Below, piece by piece: positions 56,248-64,000 of a DNA stretch of 64,000 bases. Position 1 is the first letter of the stretch. Each line of letters opens with the position of its first letter. Origin of the DNA: an uncultured Gemmatimonadaceae bacterium (lineage in GTDB: Bacteria > Gemmatimonadota > Gemmatimonadetes > Gemmatimonadales > Gemmatimonadaceae); the NCBI GenBank assembly GCA_963829055.1, contig CAWHHI010000020.1, forward strand, positions 704,001 through 768,000, written 5' to 3'. The notes beneath the pieces were generated by a model. The model ran no database searches, was not told the DNA's origin, and saw only the letters and a list, made by a program, of their open reading frames with translations. Both the position numbers and the translations under genes were made by a program.

Positions 56248-56874
56248 TTGAAAAAGTCAATCCCCAAGCGTTCGTACAACCAGAAGGCGCGCGCGGAGAG
56301 CGCGGCCGAGACGCGGCGTCGGATCATCGACGTGACGCGGGAACAGCTGACGCGCGCTCCGCTCGAGAACGTCGGCCTGCCCGAGATCGCCGCGGCGGCC
56401 GGACGTCGCGCGGTCGACGGTCTACACGATCTTCGGGTCGCGGGAGGGGCTCATGGTCGCCGTGGCCGAGGATCTGCTCGATCGCGGCGGGTTCGCGCGA
56501 ATCGGGAGGCGCTGCGCGGTCCGGACGTGGTGCGGGCGTTCGAGATCAGCATCGACGTCGCGATGGAGCTGTACTCGCAGGAGCACGCGGTCAGTCAGGC
56601 GCTGCTCTCGCTGTCCGCGGTCGATCGCGACGCGTCGAGCGCGGCGGCGCGGCTCAACTTCGGCCGGCGCGAGGGCATGCAGAAGCTCGCGCAGCGGATG
56701 CACGATCAGGGGGTGCTTCGCGACGACGTCACGGTGGACGAGGCGGCGGACGTTCTGTGGATCGTCACGAGCTTCGAGACGTTCGAGCAGCTCTATCGCG
56801 GGCGGAGCCTGACACCACAGCAGGTTGGGGAGAGGCTGATGGCTATCACGAGGAGAACGCTCTACCGCACCTAA
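56248..56874 (+). CDS. TetR/AcrR family regulator (frameshifted)
   Basis: RSYNQKARAESAAETRRRII...EIAAAA(G)VARSTVYTIFGSREGL. Confidence 0.8.
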   Translation: MKKSIPKRSYNQKARAESAAETRRRIIDVTREQLTRAPLENVGLPEIAAAAGRRAVDGLHDLRVAGGAHGRRGRGSARSRRVRANREALRGPDVVRAFEISIDVAMELYSQEHAVSQALLSLSAVDRDASSAAARLNFGRREGMQKLAQRMHDQGVLRDDVTVDEAADVLWIVTSFETFEQLYRGRSLTPQQVGERLMAITRRTLYRT

Positions 56875-56879
56875 CGCCG

Positions 56880-57031
56880 ACGCAGCTGCACGCTGGGAAC
56901 GACTGCCGACGGCTGCATGCTGCGGCACGCTGCACGCTGCGCCATCGGCCTAGCCATCGCTGCAGCGCTCACCCAGCCACCAGCACGACCACCCAGCAAC
57001 CAGCCGCAGTTCCCCAGTCCCCAGTCCCCCC
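56880..57031 (+). repeat. Post-stop-codon repeat family 3, ending in (CCCCAGT)n
   Basis: GCTGCACGCTGGG...CTGCCGACGGCTGCATGCTGCGGC...CACCCAGCCACCAGCACGACCACCCAGC...CCCCAGTCCCCAGTCCCC. Confidence 0.8.
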
Positions 57032-57115
57032 GCCCAATCGCGCCTTATCCCCATCGAGTTGTCCGCGTAGCGCACGGGTGCGTCCGTTCAGGGGTTAGTC
57101 ACCTGCAACGACGCC

Positions 57116-57890
57116 ATGCACGACTCCACGGAACCGATCACGCCGCCGCGAAGCGCTGCGGCGCACCACATTCGGCACCATCGCCATCGCGACCGGTGGT
57201 TGTCTGCCTTCGACCGGTCCGGCGGGCGGGGGCGACGGGCGCCTAACGACTCGTGTCGTCGCGCCGACGACCACGACCGCTCCCGGATTGTATCCGTTGG
57301 ACCTCGGGCGGTCTCGCGACGGATTTCTCTACGTGCCGACGAGCTACAAGCCGGACACAGCGGCGCCACTCGCGCTGTTGCTGCATGGCGCGGGGCAGGA
57401 GGCGTCGGAGCTGCTCACGCCCATGCGGCCACTCGCGGATGCGGCCGGACTGGTGCTCGTCGCGGTCGACTCGCGCGACCGGACGTGGGACGCGATCCTC
57501 GGCTCCTTCTCCGCCGACGTGCAGTTCATCGACCGGGCGCTCGCGCTCGCGTTCTCGCGAGTGCGGGTCGACGCGACGCGCGTCCGCATCGTCGGCTTCT
57601 CCGACGGCGCGAGCTACTCACTCACGCTCGGCATCATCAACGGCGACTTCTTCTCGCGTATCGTCGCGTTCTCGCCGGGGTTCATCGTCAACGGCCCGGT
57701 GACCGGCAAACCCAAGATCTTCATCGCGCACGGCACACGCGACACCGTCCTGCCGATCGATCAGACGAGTCGCACGCTCGTGCCGCGGCTCAAGGCGGCG
57801 GGCTATGACGTGGAATACCACGAGTTCGACGGCGGCCACGGGGTGAGGCCGGACCTCTTGGCGCAGGCGACGACGTGGGTAGCGACTTAG
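57116..57890 (+). CDS. Phospholipase/carboxylesterase-like alpha/beta hydrolase (5' frameshifts)
   Basis: LLLHGAG, GFSDG nucleophile elbow, HGTRD, FDGGH. Confidence 0.85.
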
Positions 57891-58085
57891 GGACTGGGGA
57901 CTGGGGACTGGGGACTGGGGACTGGACTGCGGCTGGTGGCTGGGTGGTCGTGCTGGTGGCTGGGTGACGCTCGAGCTGCCGCTGGCGTGCAGCGAGCAGC
58001 GCGTGGGTGACCGGGCGCTAATAGCAGCAGCGCGCAGCGTGCGGCCGCAGCATGCAGCCGTCGGCAGATGTGCCCAGCGTGCAGC
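57890..58085 (-). repeat. Repeat family 3 copy (inverted), with (GGGGACT)n run
   Basis: Reverse complement of the 56880 and 62810 copies. Confidence 0.8.
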
Positions 58086-58090
58086 GAGAT

Positions 58091-58723
58091 TCAGACTGCT
58101 GAGCGGAGGGCGTCAATGTCGGCCGCCATGATCCGCTCGAGGTTGCGTGAGATCTTCTCGGCGTCCCAATCCCACCACGCGATCTCGAGCAGTGCCGCGA
58201 TCGTCTCGTCCGAGAATCGACGACGCAGCACCTTCGCCGGATTGCCGCCCGCGATCGCGTACGGCGGCAGATCACTCACGACCACCGATCGCGAGGCGAC
58301 GATCGCGCCGTCGCCGATCTGGACGCCCGGCATGATGAGCGCGTCGTAGCCGATCCACACGTCGTTGCCGACGACCGTGTCACCTTTGCGCGGGAATGCG
58401 TCCAACGGCGGCATCACGCGCTCCCACCCGTTGCCGAAAATCTGAAACGGGTAGGTCGAGAACCCCGACATCAGGTGGTTCGCACCGTTCATGATGAACT
58501 TCACGTCCTTGGCCAGCGCGCAGAACTTGCCGATGATCAGCTTGTCGCCGATGAACGGGAAGTGATACAGCACGTTCTGCTCGAACCGGTCGACGCCATC
58601 GGGGTCATCGTAGTACGTGTAGTCGCCGACGATGATGTTCGGGCGCGTGACGACATTGCGCAGGAATCCCACCTGAGGGAATCCTTCCATGGGATGGCGT
58701 GTGCGGGGATCAGGACCGGTCAC
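58091..58723 (-). CDS. Vat/CatB-like xenobiotic O-acetyltransferase (hexapeptide repeat)
   Basis: GPDP, NIIVGDYTYYDD, VLYHFPFIGDKLIIGKFC, NGANH, FSTYPF, KGDTVVGNDVWIG, IAWWDW. Confidence 0.9.
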   Translation of the reverse strand: MTGPDPRTRHPMEGFPQVGFLRNVVTRPNIIVGDYTYYDDPDGVDRFEQNVLYHFPFIGDKLIIGKFCALAKDVKFIMNGANHLMSGFSTYPFQIFGNGWERVMPPLDAFPRKGDTVVGNDVWIGYDALIMPGVQIGDGAIVASRSVVVSDLPPYAIAGGNPAKVLRRRFSDETIAALLEIAWWDWDAEKISRNLERIMAADIDALRSAV

Positions 58724-58798
58724 GAGACCCTCTTCGAGGCGTTCGAGGCAGTAGGACGTGTATCGGACGACTTGCGTCAGGACATTCTCGGAGGAGCC

Positions 58799-59316
58799 AT
58801 GCGTTTCGACAACCAGCGTTCGCGTGTTCATGATCCTCGCCGCCACGCTATTCGCGCTGGGTCGGATGCCGCCCAGGCGCGCCCGGATCGGGTGCAGTGG
58901 ATTCCGTGACCGCGGCGGCTCGCGGCGACAGCTCCACGACATCGTCCGCGTCGGCACCAGCCGCGCGCTCGGACTCGGTCGTCCTGCGAACCGACAAATC
59001 GCAGTACCGCGCCGGCGACAGGATCACGCTGACGTTCGTGAACAGGAGCGCGGCGAGCTACTCGTTCAACCCGTGCACGCGGACGATCGAGCGAGAGGAG
59101 AACGGTGCATGGACCGCGCTGCCGGATCCGGGTCGCATGTGCACGATGCAGGCGTTCATCCTCGACGCGCACGGCACGGGCACGGGAACGACAGAGCTGC
59201 CGACCCCGCTCACCGCCGGGCGATATCGCGTGGTCGTGCGCATGACCATGGAATCGCCCGGTGGCGCATCGGGATCGCCGATCAACGCCGTGAGCGACCC
59301 AATCACGGTGTCCTGA
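58799..59316 (+). CDS. Small secreted/lipoprotein with Ig-like domain (frameshifted)
   Basis: GAGGAG RBS; hydrophobic leader; LRTDKSQYRAGD...NPC...CTM...GRYRVV. Confidence 0.55.
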
Positions 59317-59368
59317 GCTGCTCGATTCACCCGCGAACCTGGGCCTCGAGCGGTCATGCCCAAGCGGC

Positions 59369-59515
59369 TGTCATTCCGAGCGGAGCGCCGGAGGCGCGCA
59401 GTCGAGGAATCGCGCGCGTGGTAGAGGGGCCCTCTATCGGGACGATCGCGATTCCTCGACTGCGCCTCGGCCTCCGCTCGGAATGACAATCCTCGACTCT
59501 CGTCCGCTCGGAATG
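59369..59515. repeat. Type 2 REP/MITE-like element with duplicated right arm
   Basis: TGTCATTCCGAGCG...GTAGAGGGGCCCTCTATC...CGCTCGGAATGAC x2. Confidence 0.85.
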
Positions 59516-59625
59516 AACGACAACCGACGTCGTCGGGCCATTCGACCTCATCTACTGACGTCGAAGACGCGCCGCGCTGCCACGGCGCGAAACTTCTCGT
59601 TGACTTTGTCCGTTCCCACCCTTAG

Positions 59626-59661
59626 GTAGAACTCCTACACGTCGATATGTAGAACTTCTAC
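59626..59661. promoter_or_regulatory. Tandem palindromic boxes GTAGAACTCCTAC / GTAGAACTTCTAC (candidate PadR operators)
   Basis: Two 13-bp boxes 23 bp apart, second a perfect GTAGAA-C-TTCTAC palindrome; TTGACT at 59600. Confidence 0.7.
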
Positions 59662-59700
59662 CTGTCAACGCGACGACCGTCCATTCGTGCGCTCGGAGGG

Positions 59701-60048
59701 GTGGTGGGAAAGACATCCGGTCCGTCCAGGAGCGAGCTGCTCAAGGGCACGCTCGACATGCTCATCCTGCAGACGCTCACCGTGCAGCCGCTGCACGGCT
59801 ACGCGATCGCGCAGCAGATCGAGCTGCTCTCGGACGCGGTGCTCTCCGTCGAGCAGGGATCGCTCTACCCGGCGCTCGAGCGGCTGCAGAAGCGCGGCTG
59901 GGTCACGTCCAAATGGGGCGAGTCGCCCACCGGACGCCGCGCCCGCTACTACACGCTCACCGCCGCCGGGCGCCGTCAGCTCGGCGACGAGATCTCGGAT
60001 TTCGACCGCGTGCTGGTCGCGATCAACCGCGTCATGCGACGCGCGTGA
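59701..60048 (+). CDS. PadR family transcriptional regulator
   Basis: LLKGTLDMLIL...HGYAIA...GSLYPALERL...RRARYYTLT. Confidence 0.9.
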   Translation: MVGKTSGPSRSELLKGTLDMLILQTLTVQPLHGYAIAQQIELLSDAVLSVEQGSLYPALERLQKRGWVTSKWGESPTGRRARYYTLTAAGRRQLGDEISDFDRVLVAINRVMRRA

Positions 60049-60057
60049 GGTGACAGC

Positions 60058-62786
60058 ATGTGGTTGATCGACGTCATCCGCTATCGACTTCGCGTGCTGT
60101 TCAGGCCTAACGCGCACGCCCATGAGCTCGACGAGGAGATCCGCTTTCACCTCTCGCTCGAGGCAATGCAGCGCGAGCACGCCGCGCGCGGCAATCTCAC
60201 CGCCACCGACGCGCGCTGGGCGGCGCGCCGGCGCTTCGGCAACGTCACCACCACCAAGGAAGAGGCACGCCAGATGGCTGGTCTCGGATTCTTCGACACG
60301 ACGGAGCAGGACGTGCGGTTCGCGCTCCGGTCCTTCCGCCGATCGCCAGGGTTCACGGCGGTCGCGGTGCTCACGCTCGCCGTCGGCATCGGCGCGAACA
60401 CGGCGATCTTCAGCGCCGTGAACGCGATGCTCCTGCGGCCATTGCCGTTCCGGGAGCCCGAGCGGCTCATGGACGTGAGTCTCACCGTACCGGCGCGCGG
60501 CGATGTCCCCGGCGCGCGACGACATGCCCGTGGTCGTACCCGAAGTTCGCCGTGTTCCGGAAGGCGCAGACGGTCTTCGAGGACGTGACGCTCTGGATGC
60601 GCGTTCCAGGCGACGGTGCGCGTTGGAGCGGACGCCGAGCGCAGCAACTACGAGTTCATCGACTCGCGCTACCTCCCGACCCTCGGCGTTCAGGCCGGCG
60701 ATCGGACGGAACTTCAGCGCCGAGGAGGACGCGACGTCCAGGCGGACCACGGGTGGCGATCCTCAGCGACGCGCTCTGGCAACGGCGGTTCAACGCCGAT
60801 TCCGCCGTGCTCGGTCGTTCGATCGTGGTCGATGGCAACCCGTTCACGATCGTCGGCGTGTCTGCCGCCGGGATTCCGTGGAGTGTCGGGCAGGGCCGAA
60901 CTGCTCGCTCGCGTTCATGTCGCAGGATCAGCCGGACAGCTCACCGAGCCGTGGTCGCACGGCTACTCCGTGATCGCGCGGCTCAAGCCGGCGTGACGAC
61001 CGGAACGTTCGCGAAGGTCGCGTCCGCCAGCTCGGCGGAGTGGTCGCCGACGCGTACCCGCATCCGGAATCAAGAAGGAGCGCTGGGGCGCCATCGGCCG
61101 CGAGCTCGACGGCACGCGCGTCGATCCGGTCGTGCGGCGCTCGCTGCTCGTCTTGTTAGGCGCGGTCGGGCTCGTGCTGCTCATTGCGTGCGCGAACGTC
61201 GCGAATCTCTTTCTCGTCCGCGCGGCCGGGCGACGCCGTGAGATCGCGGTTCGCCTCGCCGTGGGCGCCGGACGGCGCCGTCTCGTCCGACAGCTGCTCA
61301 CGGAAAGCGTCGTGCTGTCCACGCTCGGCGGGCTCGCGAGCGTCGTCGTCGCGTGGTGGGGCGTGAAGCTGCTCGCCGCGCTCGAACCCGACGACGACGC
61401 TCCGCGTGGAGCGACTCGGCGGCATCGGCGCGATCTCGTTCGAGTCGATCCGGCTCGATCCCGCCGCGTTCGCGTTCGCGGCCGGCGCTCACGATCGTGA
61501 CGGGGCTCGTCTTCGGGCTCGTGCCGGCACTGCAGGCGACACACCCGTCGCTCACCGGCGCGCTTGGAAGACAGCGACGTCTCGCGCGTATCCGGCGTGC
61601 GCGGCCTAACGAGTCGCAATCTGCTCGCGATCGTCGAGATCGCGCTGGCGGTGGTCCTGCTCGCCGGCTCGGGACTCATGATGCGGAGTCTCGGCGAAGC
61701 TGCTCGGCGTGAACCCGGGATTCGACGCCGAGCGGCGTGCTCACGATGCGCTTCAACCTGATCGACGTGGCACCGGATTCGCTCCCGGCGTTCTACGATC
61801 AGCTCGTCGAGCGACTCGGCAGTCGATTCCCGGCGTGACGAACGTCGGCCTCCTCGACTGCCCGCCGCTCAACGGTGGCTGCAGCGGACCGATGACTCGC
61901 GCATCGCGATCGTCCGGCGCCGGTCGCCGGCACGGAGCCGGCCGTCGGCGTCCACTGGGTGACACCGCGGCTGGTTCGCGACAATGCGCGTTCCGCTGCA
62001 GATCGCGGCCGTGTGTTCGCCAACAGCGATCGGCGCGGCACGCAGAAGGTCGTGCTCATGAGCGAGACCGCGGCGCGGACGGTACTGGCCCGGTCAGGAC
62101 CCGATCGGCCGGCCGGTGAGCGTCGGCCAGGGCGGATTCTGGAAGGACACGGCGTATCGTGGTGGGCGTCGTGGGCGACGTTCGGTTCGGGACGCTCGAC
62201 TCGCTGCCCAGAGCCCGATGTCTATCTGTCGTACTATCAGTCGCCGCGCGGCCGGATGATGATGTTCGTGCGAACGGCGGGCGATCCCGCGGTCGCTCGT
62301 GCAGGCGGCGCGTCGCGAGATCGCGGCGCTGGCGCCAGGCGTGCCGCTCTACGATGTCCGGCCGATGCGCGAGCGCGTGGCGGACGCGATGGCGTACGCG
62401 CGGTTCAGCGCGCTCCTGCTGGCGACGTTCGCGGCGGTCGCGCTCGCGCTGGCGGCGTTAGGCACGTACGGCGTGATCTCGTTCGGCGTGTCGCAGCGGA
62501 CGAAGGAGATCGGGGTTCGCGTGGCGCTCGGCGCGACGCGCGGGGACGTGCTGCGCCTGGTCGTCGGTCAGGGCGTCGGGCTGGCGTGGTCGGCGGCGCG
62601 TTGGGTCTCGCGGGCGCACTCGCGACGACGCGGGTGCTCGCGTCGCTGCTGTACGGCGTGGCGCCGTCGGACTCCGCTGACGCTGGCGTCGATCGTGGCG
62701 CTGCTGGTGGGAGCGGTGATCGTGGCGAGCTGCTTCCGGCGCGTCGAGCGGCGAGCGTGCATCCGGCAGACGCACTACGGGGGTGA
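60058..62786 (+). CDS. ADOP-type duplicated ABC (MacB/FtsX-like) permease (many frameshifts)
   Basis: [69 protein letters not shown]. Confidence 0.9.
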
Positions 62787-62809
62787 CAGGCGGGGCTGCG
62801 AACTGCGAC

Positions 62810-62985
62810 ATCTGCCGACGGCTGCATGCTGCGGCCGCACGCTGCGCGCTGCTGCTATTAGCGCCCGGCACGTCACGCGCTGCTCGCTGCTCGCAGCCGC
62901 ACCCAGCGTCACCCAGCCACCAGCGCGACCACCCAGCACCCAGCTGTAGTTCCAAGTCCCCAGTCCCGAGTCCCCGGTCCCTGCC
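62810..62985 (+). repeat. Repeat family 3 copy
   Basis: CATCTGCCGACGGCTGCATGCTGCGGCCGCACGCTGCGCGCTGCTGCTATTAGCGCCCGG...CACCCAGCCACCAGC...AGTCCCCAGTCCC. Confidence 0.8.
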
Positions 62986-63193
62986 CCTCCGCATTACGAA
63001 ACTCTAATCACAAGCAGCACAGGCACTTACAAAATACTTGCCTCTCGGCGTGAAAAGGCTCAGCTTGTCTCCCAGCGATTGGCCGACGCTGCTAATGCGT
63101 CCGCCACAACGCCGCTGCCGATGAGACTCACGTTGTCGAGCACCACGACGACGCGCCCACCGCCGTTCGACGCCAACACCAGTCCCGCCCGCT

Positions 63194-64000
63194 TTGAACG
63201 CCGCGTCAGGCTCACGAGGTGGACGGACCATCGAACGCATCTGCCGCCAGCGAGAGTTGGCGGGAATCGCTTGTGCGGCTGTGGCGATATTCGCATCGAC
63301 CGTCGCGTGCGGAGACGCGTCGGCGACCGGCGGGTCCGGAGCCGACACACCAGTCCTTCGACTCGTCCGCGGTGACGCGCAGATCTCGGCGGCGGGGACC
63401 GAGCTCGAGTCGCCGATCGTCGTTCGCGCGACGAATGCGCGCGGCAAGCCGCTCGCCGGCATCCCGCTCGACTGGAGCACAGTGGGCAGTGGGCGCGTGG
63501 AGCCGGACCGTCTCGTCACCGATGACTCCGGGCTCGTGCGCGCCACCTGGACGCTCAGCGAGCAACTCGGGCGGAACAGCGCGACCGCCACGCTCGATGG
63601 CCAGGTGGTGACGTTCCGCGCCACGGCCGTCGAGCCGTTGTCGTTAGGCTCGGTGCGTCACCTGCGCCTCGCGACGTTCGACGGCTCGGGACAGCTCGTG
63701 CACCCGGACGTCGCGCGTGTACCGCGGGGTTGGGCACCGGCCCGACGCTTCCTTGCCGTCACGCCGTACCCGGGCGGCGACATCACGCGCGAGCTGCCGT
63801 CGGTGTACGCGTCCGGCGATCCGAGCGAGTGGGTGGCGCCGGACGGCGTGACGAATCCGCTCGTCAGGCCGTGGAAGGGCTATCTCTCGGATCCGGATCT
63901 CGTGTTCGAGCCACAGCGGAAGGAGCTGTGGATGTACTACCGTCACGTGTCGCAGCGGAACACGATCTTCCTCATCGTGTCGGCAGACGGCAGCCACTGG
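63194..64000 (+). CDS. Lipoprotein with Ig-like domain and possible glycoside-hydrolase-like beta-propeller (partial; start uncertain)
   Basis: Open frame to window end: TVAC lipobox, SPIVVRATNARGKPLAG, GQLVHPDV, TPYP, YLSDPDLV, LWMYYR, SADGSHW. Confidence 0.6.
   Translation, partial: MNAASGSRGGRTIERICRQRELAGIACAAVAIFASTVACGDASATGGSGADTPVLRLVRGDAQISAAGTELESPIVVRATNARGKPLAGIPLDWSTVGSGRVEPDRLVTDDSGLVRATWTLSEQLGRNSATATLDGQVVTFRATAVEPLSLGSVRHLRLATFDGSGQLVHPDVARVPRGWAPARRFLAVTPYPGGDITRELPSVYASGDPSEWVAPDGVTNPLVRPWKGYLSDPDLVFEPQRKELWMYYRHVSQRNTIFLIVSADGSHW

Noticed and set aside
62990..63120. AT-richer leader as a possible riboswitch
   Set aside because: No recognisable riboswitch consensus; most simply a promoter region.
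781..63648. TTAGGC as a telomere-like repeat or a simple basecalling error
   Set aside because: Copies are dispersed, never tandem. No single substitution keeps conserved residues in all observed frames (L-G, P-N, L-T, V-R), so a simple miscall is unlikely, though raw reads should confirm.
236..63997. Numerous long antisense or overlapping ORFs in the ORF track (e.g. 12639-14948, 36148-37842, 46153-47952, 55002-56132)
   Set aside because: They are Arg/Ala/Pro-rich shadow frames expected at high GC and overlap well-supported genes.
1..64000. Pervasive frameshifts suggesting mass pseudogenisation or programmed frameshifting
   Set aside because: Single-base indels hit nearly all long genes regardless of function, with almost no in-frame stops and intact motifs. 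This is typical of unpolished long-read consensus.

Overview
A high-GC (roughly 68-70% by eye) bacterial chromosomal segment. It is most likely from Gemmatimonadota; this is inferred from gene content (SusC-like and STN-type TonB receptors, PD40-amidohydrolase fusions, a PadR+ADOP permease pair). Most long genes are split by single-base indels, which looks like uncorrected long-read error rather than pseudogenisation, so many CDS ends are reconstructed and approximate. I found no rRNA, tRNA, CRISPR array, transposase or prophage. About 45 genes cover outer-membrane signalling and transport, peptidases/amidohydrolases, thiol/quinone stress, HigBA, an archaeal-type AspRS and a Vat-like acetyltransferase. 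The most striking signals are non-genic. (1) A non-palindromic motif (C)GTTAGG(C) occurs about 59 times (~1/kb) on both strands and is forced into coding regions in several reading frames through otherwise avoided codons, resembling an uncharacterised DUS/HIP1-like genome mark. (2) A bipartite GGGT-N13-SGTGTT motif precedes six transcription units around an ECF/FecR/TonB-receptor island, suggesting a local regulon of secreted proteins. (3) A probable Asp/Asn-sensing attenuator precedes the AspRS gene. (4) Several REP/MITE-like and heptamer repeat families are present, two copies of which lie inside a protein-coding gene.
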